A stretch of DNA of 52,743 bases, taken from positions 1 to 52,743 of the IMG/VR virus record IMGVR_UViG_3300043773_000950. One strand, 5' to 3'. This stretch comes from a virus (taxonomy: Duplodnaviria > Caudoviricetes). Below the pieces are notes generated by a model. The model did not search any database. It saw nothing but the letters and a program-made list of their open reading frames with translations, and was not told the origin of the DNA. Below are positions 46,219 through 52,743 of the stretch, in pieces. The position numbers and the translations under genes are program-made. How positions within the stretch are numbered: the first letter of the stretch is position 1; each line of letters opens with the position of its first letter.

Positions 46219-46466
46219 AGTGATACAATCTTGTCTATGTGTTCCGGCTTCAAGATGCTTTTGCAGACTGTTTCCACTTGGTTGATCAGGCTCCCCGTCA
46301 CTCCGATCCGCGCGCCAAGTTCGCGAACTGTCATGCCAAGATGCTTTCTTGTCTGCTTTAGTGATGTGCCAAACAACATTCTCGCAGAATGCCTGATCTC
46401 CTTGCTCTTCTCGATAGAGGCAAGGTAGTTCTCGTAGGCTACTTTGAGATCGTGGCTTTGATTCAT
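46155..46466 (-). CDS. XRE-family HTH regulator
   Basis: LKQTRKHLGMTVRELGARIGVTGSLINQVE. Confidence 0.8.
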   Translation of the reverse strand: MNQSHDLKVAYENYLASIEKSKEIRHSARMLFGTSLKQTRKHLGMTVRELGARIGVTGSLINQVETVCKSILKPEHIDKIVSLCYEEKPRCGQKQDSKSAEVG

Positions 46467-46476
46467 TCAGAGTGAC

Positions 46477-46521
46477 AGATTAAATTCCATTATTGACAAG
46501 TCAAGTATTTTATGATTAAAT
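46477..46521. promoter_or_regulatory. Overlapping divergent promoters
   Basis: Inverted repeat TTGACAAGTCAA (46493-46504) gives TTGACA on + and TTGACT on -. Candidate -10 boxes: TTAAAT (+) and TAATCT (-). Confidence 0.55.
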
Positions 46522-46527
46522 GGAGTA

Positions 46528-46929
46528 ATGGACATCACAAACATAACAGACGAAAACGCTTACAAGCTAATTGAGGCAGCCAGACGCAGCCTCGTTGCCA
46601 CAAACATGGCATTTTGTGAGATAATGAACCAAGGCATCATCTCAACATACGAATCCGTTGAAGATGGCGGAGGATACATGGTCATGGGCATCCGGCCCAA
46701 CTGCACACTGGTCGCAGCCGCGAAATCCAAGGGCAGGATCATCTGGAGCGAGATGCACTTGAAAAAGCCAGAGGTCGAAATCCATCAAAAGATGAGTGTC
46801 CTCAACTTGCCAAACGAAGAACAGCTTGACCAATGGTGGGACATCTTCATGGACAACATCGAGACATGGACTCGCGGGGATGTGGACACATTCGGAATGA
46901 ACGATGGAATCGCTGAAGCTCCATTTTGA
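46528..46929 (+). CDS. Hypothetical protein
   Basis: 133-aa ORF with GGAG upstream. Confidence 0.7.
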   Translation: MDITNITDENAYKLIEAARRSLVATNMAFCEIMNQGIISTYESVEDGGGYMVMGIRPNCTLVAAAKSKGRIIWSEMHLKKPEVEIHQKMSVLNLPNEEQLDQWWDIFMDNIETWTRGDVDTFGMNDGIAEAPF

Positions 46930-46938
46930 AAAAAAGTA

Positions 46939-46966
46939 TTGACTCGCGCCGATGACCTGATAGTCT
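46939..46966 (+). promoter_or_regulatory. Sigma70-type promoter of the replication operon
   Basis: TTGACT, 16-bp spacer, TAGTCT preceded by TGn. Confidence 0.55.
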
Positions 46967-46972
46967 CGGCCT

Positions 46973-47115
46973 TGTAGGAGAAATCCTGCCGTCTGCGTGA
47001 AGAACAGACGCTAAACCTAAATGGATAAATTGAACAACAAACTATATCGCGGCTCCCTTACCGAATATTCTTCACCCGTCAGTTCGCCGGGCATTTAGGC
47101 GGTAAGGGGGCGCGG
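46973..47115 (+). ncRNA. Structured leader with c4-like antisense architecture
   Basis: GTGAAGAA/TTCTTCAC and CCTAAATG/CATTTAGG complementary pairs; stem CCCTTACCG/CGGTAAGGG. Confidence 0.6.
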
Positions 47116-47125
47116 CCCTCTAAAA

Positions 47126-47938
47126 ATGAGTATAAAAATAATGTCTGAAGTCTTTGAGAAATCTCGGACTGAAGGCAACGCCCGCTTGGTTCTTTTGTCT
47201 TTAGCTGACTGCTGCAATGATGAAGGAAGCTGCTGGCCTTCGATGAAGAAGATCGCCATGAAATCCAATCTTTCAGAAGCAATGACCAAAAAATACATCA
47301 ACGCGCTTTCTCTCGTTGGTGTGGTCAAGAAAGATGAACGAGAGGATAACTTTGGAAGGCAAACCAGCAACCTTTACACGATCAATTGTGATAAATTCGG
47401 GAGCGATTTTATAACAAAGGAGACGATTCTACAGGTTACCTCGCCTTCCAGAATATGGTCATGGGAGGGGGTAACTGGTGTTAACGGGGGAGGGGGTAAC
47501 ATATGTGAGGGGGGGGAGGGGGTAACTGGTGTTAGTCTGGCTAATATGAACCGTCATAAGGAACCCAAAAGTGAACCACCAAAGGCAAATGGCATAAAAG
47601 TGATCGAAACCAAGGAAGATCTCGATCTTCACTTTCCACCAATCGCTGACGCAATTGATTCACGACCCCCCAACAGTGGACAAAAGCACAATAAGGCGCG
47701 GAACGAGATTCCCCCCCCCAAGAAGCCACGGGCGGCTAAACTCGCTGATGAGGCGTTTATCGCCCAACTGCGTGAAGCCAACCCCCGCGTCGATTTCGAT
47801 GCGGAAATGAAAAAGATGGACAACTGGCTCCTCGCCAACACAACCAGAAAGAAAACCCGCCAGTTCGTTTGCAACTGGATCAACCGCGTAGTCGAGAGAC
47901 TCGCACCCGAAGAAGACTGGAAACCCACAACGATCTGA
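47126..47938 (+). CDS. Replication initiator protein (N-terminal winged HTH)
   Basis: ARLVLLSLAD..NDEG.CWPS...IA....LSE...SNLY.I; directly upstream of a DnaB-like gene; internal repeats. Confidence 0.8.
   Translation: MSIKIMSEVFEKSRTEGNARLVLLSLADCCNDEGSCWPSMKKIAMKSNLSEAMTKKYINALSLVGVVKKDEREDNFGRQTSNLYTINCDKFGSDFITKETILQVTSPSRIWSWEGVTGVNGGGGNICEGGEGVTGVSLANMNRHKEPKSEPPKANGIKVIETKEDLDLHFPPIADAIDSRPPNSGQKHNKARNEIPPPKKPRAAKLADEAFIAQLREANPRVDFDAEMKKMDNWLLANTTRKKTRQFVCNWINRVVERLAPEEDWKPTTI
47463..47534 (+). repeat. Iteron-like repeats (candidate origin) inside the initiator gene
   Basis: GGGAGGGGGTAAC at 47463, 47488 and 47514; copies 1 and 3 share 21 nt. Confidence 0.65.
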
Positions 47939-47943
47939 ACCAA

Positions 47944-49176
47944 ATGAAAAAAGTCCCAATACGCCAAAAAGTGGAAGCTGCCGCACTCAGCCTCCTCGTC
48001 CAAGATCAAACCATCCTTGCCCAACAGAAGTGGGATGCCTCGCTTTTCGCGCTAAAGCCCCATAGAATCGTTTTCGAGGCAATCGAGGGGTTCCATAGCC
48101 GAACGGGTGCCTGCGAACCTTTTAACGCCATTGCCCAACTTGAGGCGGATGGGAAGCTGGAAGCAGCGGGTGGAGAGGAGCAAGTGGTCGAGATTCTCAA
48201 GACCAACCTCATGCCATCCGGTAAGGTTTGTTTCGATACGGCAAACGAATATCGCGTCCAGTTAAGGGAGGCGAAGGCATACCGCGACTTCATAGCCACC
48301 TACGAGGAGATGGAAGGCGAGATCAGGAACGGAAAGGCCGACCTCGCCAAATTATCGTTAACGATAACGACTGCTTTGGAGCCGGACATTAAGCCCCGCC
48401 GCGCCAAGAGGGATATCCTATCCGACATCATCGATGAAATGGAGGGCAAGAAGGATGAGAAGGTATTCCCAGCAGGCGTCTTCATGTTGGACAAGAACCT
48501 CAAGGGTGGCCTCCATGCGGGCGAGATGATGACAGTCGCCGCTGAAACCGGAGGAGGCAAATCGATCCTCCTCGTCCAAGCCGCCATAGCGAACCTACAC
48601 TTGGGAAGGAAGGTATTGTTCCTATCTCTCGAAATGTCGGCTGATGATATCTATCGTAGGATGGCATCGCAGATCGCTGGAGTCCCAATCCGTGACGCGG
48701 AGGAGTATCGCGAGAAGCATGCTTGGGAACTACCAAAACTTGGCGAGGTATTCGCTCAACTACAGAAGATGCCCATAGAGGTGATCGACGGGATATCGGA
48801 TATAGATGACATAGAAGCTACGATAAACATGTATGCGGGGAACGGATCGGCGGAAGTAGTCTGCTGCGACTACATCCAGATCATCTCATCCAAGGAGAAC
48901 GAAAACAGGGAGAATGCGATCTCGGAGGTAGCCAGAAGGCTAAAGACCGCAGCGATGCGGCATAAGATTGCCATGTTCACCGCTAGCCAGCTTAACGACG
49001 AAGGGAAACTCCGTGAGTCAAGGGCTATCGGCATGCACTCGGATCAAGTAGTTTCGATTGAACACAAGGCCGACAGCAGTAAGATTGTTGTCAGAAAGAA
49101 CCGCCGTGGGCCAAGGAACACAGCCATCAAGGTGAAAATGAACGGAGAACTCTCCAAGTTTGAGAATGAATTCTAA
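47944..49176 (+). CDS. dnaB: DnaB-like replicative helicase
   Basis: AAETGGGKS, LSLEM, DYIQ, ASQLN, RESRAI and KNRRG motifs. Confidence 0.92.
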   Translation: MKKVPIRQKVEAAALSLLVQDQTILAQQKWDASLFALKPHRIVFEAIEGFHSRTGACEPFNAIAQLEADGKLEAAGGEEQVVEILKTNLMPSGKVCFDTANEYRVQLREAKAYRDFIATYEEMEGEIRNGKADLAKLSLTITTALEPDIKPRRAKRDILSDIIDEMEGKKDEKVFPAGVFMLDKNLKGGLHAGEMMTVAAETGGGKSILLVQAAIANLHLGRKVLFLSLEMSADDIYRRMASQIAGVPIRDAEEYREKHAWELPKLGEVFAQLQKMPIEVIDGISDIDDIEATINMYAGNGSAEVVCCDYIQIISSKENENRENAISEVARRLKTAAMRHKIAMFTASQLNDEGKLRESRAIGMHSDQVVSIEHKADSSKIVVRKNRRGPRNTAIKVKMNGELSKFENEF

Positions 49177-49351
49177 AGACAAAGAATACCGCGAATGTTC
49201 CTACTGGCTGGACAAGGTAATATTGCTCCGATCCAAAGGCTCTCAGCACGAAGAGGAGGCTGCGAATTGCATGCAAAAAGCAATGGCAATTTACGAAGAA
49301 CACTTCGGTGAAAAGAAAAAGGTATTGACAGAAGACCTATGTCCGTTTTAG
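49166..49351 (+). CDS. Hypothetical protein
   Basis: Short ORF overlapping the helicase stop. Confidence 0.5.
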   Translation: MNSKDKEYRECSYWLDKVILLRSKGSQHEEEAANCMQKAMAIYEEHFGEKKKVLTEDLCPF

Positions 49352-49354
49352 TAT
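49325..49354 (+). promoter_or_regulatory. Possible sigma70-type promoter
   Basis: TTGACA, 18-bp spacer, TAGTAT (same -10 as at 3552). Confidence 0.45.
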
Positions 49355-49362
49355 CATCAAAG

Positions 49363-49551
49363 ATGAAAGCATACCCTAGCTGGTCGTGTCAGCCCTGCGG
49401 ACACAAGCATGGCAAGAGGAAGTTCAAGTTCCCCGAAGACCCAGATCACATTGCAACCTACCACTATGGCAAGTGCGATGTGTGCGGTGAGAATGGGTTC
49501 GTCACTGAACCCCGCGACTACGGAGACTTCCCCAACTGGTTCAAGAAATGA
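49363..49551 (+). CDS. Small zinc-finger protein
   Basis: CQPCG...CDVCG...VTEPRDYG. Confidence 0.65.
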   Translation: MKAYPSWSCQPCGHKHGKRKFKFPEDPDHIATYHYGKCDVCGENGFVTEPRDYGDFPNWFKK

Positions 49552-49793
49552 AATACGAAACAAGAACACTGAAGATGGGCGTCTGCGTAAAGGGAGAGGC
49601 AATTTTCCACGAAAGCATGACGGAGATTGAAATAATCGATGAAGCTGGCGGTGAGTTTCTCAAGATTACCCAGTGCCCAGATGAAAAGGAAATCCAAGAA
49701 ATTCTCATCGACCCATACGAGTGGCCTACTCTCAGGGCGGCGATTGATAAGATGATGAAGGAATGCAGGGCTGAAAGAAAAAGTGATCAATAA
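49548..49793 (+). CDS. Hypothetical protein
   Basis: 81 aa; IDEAGGEF...IDPYEWP. Confidence 0.7.
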   Translation: MKYETRTLKMGVCVKGEAIFHESMTEIEIIDEAGGEFLKITQCPDEKEIQEILIDPYEWPTLRAAIDKMMKECRAERKSDQ

Positions 49794-49802
49794 TTCTTTC
49801 AA

Positions 49803-50135
49803 ATGATTAACTCAAGACAGAAGGGTAAACGCGGTGAAAGGGATTGGAGGGATCAACTCCGTGCAGAAGGCTTTACAGCCCGCCGTGGACAGCAGTATGC
49901 TGGCGGCATAGAAAGCCCTGATGTTGTTTGCGAAGAGTTAGCCAATCTCCATCAAGAAGTGAAGTTCGTGGAGAATCTTAATCTTGATAAAGCCTGCGAA
50001 CAGGCTACTAAAGACTCTGGCGGTAAACGATGGATAGTCGCTCATCGCAAGAAAAACAAACCGTGGAAGGTAACGATGTCGTCCGATACCTTCTTCGCAA
50101 TCCTAAGAGACGGCATGGAAGGTATTAACAAATGA
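49803..50135 (+). CDS. Holliday junction resolvase (PD-(D/E)XK, Hjc-like)
   Basis: NSRQKGKRGER...ARRGQQ...PD...EVK. Confidence 0.8.
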   Translation: MINSRQKGKRGERDWRDQLRAEGFTARRGQQYAGGIESPDVVCEELANLHQEVKFVENLNLDKACEQATKDSGGKRWIVAHRKKNKPWKVTMSSDTFFAILRDGMEGINK

Positions 50136-50320
50136 AGAAGCCAACTACTAAAGCAGGCAAGCAAGCCAAGATCGCGAAAACCATGCGCGAATACAAGGCT
50201 GGCAAACTCAAGGCAGGCATCAATCCCAAGGGGCCGAAAAAAGCTCCTATGGCAAAGAGCCGCAAGCAGGCCATCGCAATCGCCCTCTCGCAGGCGGGAA
50301 TGTCCAAGAAAAAGAAATGA
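50132..50320 (+). CDS. Small basic protein
   Basis: KTMREYKAGKL...SRKQAIAIALSQAG. Confidence 0.75.
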   Translation: MKKPTTKAGKQAKIAKTMREYKAGKLKAGINPKGPKKAPMAKSRKQAIAIALSQAGMSKKKK

Positions 50321-50463
50321 AAAAAGGACTCTACTATAATGTAAACGCTAAACGCAAGCGCATTGAGGCTGGCAGCGGTGAGAAGATGCGCAAGGTCGGA
50401 AGCAAGGGTGCCCCTACTGCGAAAGCGTGGCGGGACTCCAAGAAGACTGCAAAGAAGAAATAA
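50317..50463 (+). CDS. Small basic protein (48 aa, not in the ORF track)
   Basis: MKKGLYYNVNAKRKRIEAGSGEKMRKVGSKGAPTAKAWRDSKKTAKKK*; ATGA overlap. Confidence 0.7.
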   Translation: MKKGLYYNVNAKRKRIEAGSGEKMRKVGSKGAPTAKAWRDSKKTAKKK

Positions 50464-50465
50464 CC

Positions 50466-50708
50466 ATGGAAAAGCGTTTCAAGAAAATAGTCACAAACCC
50501 CAAGACTGGGCGCAAGAAGACCGTGCGCTATGGTCAGGCTGGTAAGGCCAAAGACGGCGGTGATCGCATTAGGCCGGGCACCAAGAAGGGTGATGCTTAC
50601 TGCGCTCGTTCTGCTAAAATCAAGGGAGATTGGAAGTCTGACCCCAATAGCCCGAACAGCCTGTCCCGCAAGAAGTGGAAGTGTCGCGGGTCAAAATCAA
50701 TGAAGTAA
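50466..50708 (+). CDS. Small basic protein
   Basis: YCARS...DPNSPN.LSRKKWKC. Confidence 0.75.
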   Translation: MEKRFKKIVTNPKTGRKKTVRYGQAGKAKDGGDRIRPGTKKGDAYCARSAKIKGDWKSDPNSPNSLSRKKWKCRGSKSMK

Positions 50709-51260
50709 ATGCTCTACACAAAGATAGGGCAGATACCAACGCACAAATACATCTGGGTTGACTCACGCTTTACTCACAAGACACCATGTGGGCTTGTCGA
50801 GGCAGAGTGGGTCGGCCTAACATCAATACCGAACCGCGTATGGGGAATCAATGTCGTTCTCAGGAACGGCGGGGCACTCTACAGGAATGTCCCACCCCAT
50901 GCGATCAGGTTCAAAAACAAACAAATCAACTGGAATATTAAAGATGCACAACTTTGGGATTGTTATTCGTATCAGTTTACTGTTCTTCATAATGAACATT
51001 TGTCAGGCGGCTTGGTCGCAAAATGTGGTTCAACCTTGTTTCATGGAAAATATCTATTCTCCGCTACCTTCTTGGGAGACGGATACTCAGATAGTCCAGA
51101 TCAGGACAAGGAGTTCATCTTTTGTGAACTATCCAATGGCTGTCTATCCATACAGCCCACAAACCGTGTGGTATTCAGGGACATATCCTATATCATACCC
51201 GCCGATCCTATTCCCGCGCTTAGACTAACCGAGGAGATATATAGCTGTGAAATGCCCTGA
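50709..51260 (+). CDS. Hypothetical protein
   Basis: 183 aa; GALYRNVP...QLWDC...QPTNR. Confidence 0.75.
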   Translation: MLYTKIGQIPTHKYIWVDSRFTHKTPCGLVEAEWVGLTSIPNRVWGINVVLRNGGALYRNVPPHAIRFKNKQINWNIKDAQLWDCYSYQFTVLHNEHLSGGLVAKCGSTLFHGKYLFSATFLGDGYSDSPDQDKEFIFCELSNGCLSIQPTNRVVFRDISYIIPADPIPALRLTEEIYSCEMP

Positions 51261-51516
51261 ATGCGGGTCGTATATGTCTATCGTTACCGATAGTCGCGAC
51301 ATCTACAAGTTCAATGGTGCCAAGCGCCGCCGCCGGAAGTGCGAGAAAGGCCATGCTTGGACAACCTACGAGATAACCAAGGAACACTTGGCCCAGAGCC
51401 TTGAGTTCAATCAGAGGGATGCAGAAAATATAAAGTCTGCCATGTCTATATTTAATAGGATGGCTAAAAAACTTAACAAGCTCTCTCGCTTTTTCGAGGG
51501 CGACGAAGACAAGTGA
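51247..51516 (+). CDS. NrdR-like zinc-ribbon protein
   Basis: CPECG...DSR...RRRRKC...H.WTTYE matches the NrdR N-terminal pattern; no ATP cone. Confidence 0.7.
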   Translation: MKCPECGSYMSIVTDSRDIYKFNGAKRRRRKCEKGHAWTTYEITKEHLAQSLEFNQRDAENIKSAMSIFNRMAKKLNKLSRFFEGDEDK

Positions 51517-51907
51517 AACAACATATAGGCGTCATAGGAATCTTGCTACTAGGATTCATTTTGGCTGTCGCTTTGCACTGGAAAGAACTATACTATCCAT
51601 CCCCGGATTTCACTCGATGTCCGCTGTGCAACACTCAACAAAAATAGATATGGAAGCTCTTCAACAGGAAATCAAGACACTATACAAAAGGATTGACAAT
51701 CTGATCAGCCAACGGGATAGTTGGGCACTCAAATACGCGAGGCTCAAGGAGAAATATGACGCGGGCGGAAGCACAGACAAAAGCCAACAATGACTTCGCC
51801 TTCGGGCGGGTAACATTGGAGGAGTGGAGGAAGATAACCGATGAGTTGTCCAACCCACATAAATGGTTAGCTGGCGGCAGGCTCCGAGAGACTCCAAAGG
51901 AGGAAAG

Positions 51908-52087
51908 ATGAGCCTAAAGAACGAACAATACTGGGCACTGAAGAAGGCCCGCGATTTCCTGCGCGATCTGATGGATTCCAAGAAGCGCCCCAAGACCGTG
52001 AAGGAAATGAAGGAGCGTGCATACTCCTGCCTGCGCCACTACCCATTTCTCAAGGAAGACGGAGAGCCGATGTTCTCCAAACACTAG
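51908..52087 (+). CDS. Hypothetical protein
   Basis: GGAGG upstream; FLRDL...P...A..CLRHYP. Confidence 0.65.
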   Translation: MSLKNEQYWALKKARDFLRDLMDSKKRPKTVKEMKERAYSCLRHYPFLKEDGEPMFSKH

Positions 52088-52091
52088 TGGT

Positions 52092-52340
52092 ATGAGGAAG
52101 CCTCCCAAGAAGCCACCCGAAGACCGGAACGCGATCTTTGAGAAAGTTCGCCAGCTTCTTACAGAGCAGTATGATTGTGGTCTGGTAGTCTGTAGCTGGG
52201 AAGAGGGAGGAGAAACATTCCACATGTTCCAAAAGTTCGGGAATGAATATGCGGTAGAGAAGCTATCCGAGAAGACCCACGAACTCCTGTTCCCTTTCGA
52301 GGAGGGTGAGGAGGAGGAAGAAGAGGACGAAGAGGCATGA
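52092..52340 (+). CDS. Hypothetical protein with acidic tail
   Basis: MRKPPKKP...GNEYA...EEEEEEDEEA. Confidence 0.6.
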   Translation: MRKPPKKPPEDRNAIFEKVRQLLTEQYDCGLVVCSWEEGGETFHMFQKFGNEYAVEKLSEKTHELLFPFEEGEEEEEEDEEA

Positions 52341-52429
52341 TGGAGGACATCTACAAATTGATCTTCTTTTTCGCACTTTTTGCTGGACTCCTACTAAATC
52401 TTGCGTTTCTAATAAAGCTCACACACTAG

Positions 52430-52612
52430 ATGATCTCGCAAATCACCAAAGCAGCTACAGAGCTAATGTCGCTAGTCCACATGGACAATGAACTCCACAG
52501 GGAACATACAATCAGCCGCGTAGCCAAGAAGGCCGGAACCATTATGATTGATGGAAAGAAGTATCTGGTCGAGGTGGTGCTGACCGAGATTATCGTTAAC
52601 GATAATGAATAA
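52430..52612 (+). CDS. Hypothetical protein
   Basis: 60 aa; its C-terminus IIVNDNE is encoded by a palindrome copy. Confidence 0.5.
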   Translation: MISQITKAATELMSLVHMDNELHREHTISRVAKKAGTIMIDGKKYLVEVVLTEIIVNDNE

Positions 52613-52743
52613 AGCAATCTCACTCCTAATAGTATTCATGCTCATGTTCGCGGTCTGCTACACCATCGAATCGTGCGCGAAAGTCCCGAAGCCGAAGATC
52701 ACGGTGAAGATATAGCCCTGTTTATATCGTGAAAACGCTGGAA

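Larger units (their letters stand above)
1334..52604. repeat. Genome-wide dispersed palindrome TATCG-N4-CGATA
   Basis: Exact copies start at 1334, 2904, 4624, 5781, 7382, 8356, 9754, 10727, 13055, 16042, 18011, 20461, 24833, 27161, 29778, 30800, 34148, 36670, 39833, 42820, 44990, 45860, 48353, 51279, 52591. Variants at 1815, 2027, 3690, 4517, 5191, 6123, 6582. Confidence 0.97.

Noticed and set aside
1334-52604. Palindrome as an adapter or assembly artefact, or as a repeated peptide
   Set aside because: Copies keep reading frames intact in conserved genes, vary in the centre and flanks, and are translated in different frames or lie between genes.
1-52743. Prophage with host flanks, or an alternative genetic code
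   Set aside because: No integrase, att-like junction or host housekeeping genes; the standard code gives dense, intact ORFs using all three stops.

Overview
The window looks like a complete or near-complete ~52.7 kb tailed dsDNA phage genome with podovirus-like organisation, probably circularly permuted. Recognisable modules: (i) an early region of small genes (about 3.7-8.1 kb, +) ending in a SNF2-like helicase; (ii) a minus-strand DNA metabolism operon (PD-(D/E)XK exonuclease, OB-fold SSB, LmbU-like HTH protein); (iii) a long minus-strand virion block (portal, scaffold, major capsid, fibre/decoration proteins, lysis genes, tail nozzle/adaptor, ejection proteins including a 2644-aa protein with an ART-like insert); (iv) terminase large subunit; (v) a lambda-O/DnaB-type replication module, a resolvase and dCMP deaminase. 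I saw no integrase, DNA polymerase or RNA polymerase. Three signals are not explained by this annotation. First, a 14-bp palindrome TATCG-N4-CGATA (consensus TATCGTTAACGATA) occurs at least 25 times exactly, plus 7 variants, about every 1-4 kb, both between genes and inside genes in different reading frames. Second, seven ~80-nt covarying double-hairpin units separate the early genes and mostly carry that palindrome at the hairpin apex. Third, four tandem structured ncRNA-like elements, one tRNA-like, lie at 45.15-45.65 kb. A c4-like antisense leader before the replication initiator and a short peptide motif shared by several capsid-adjacent proteins are also noted. All calls come from manual motif reading; no database searches were run.
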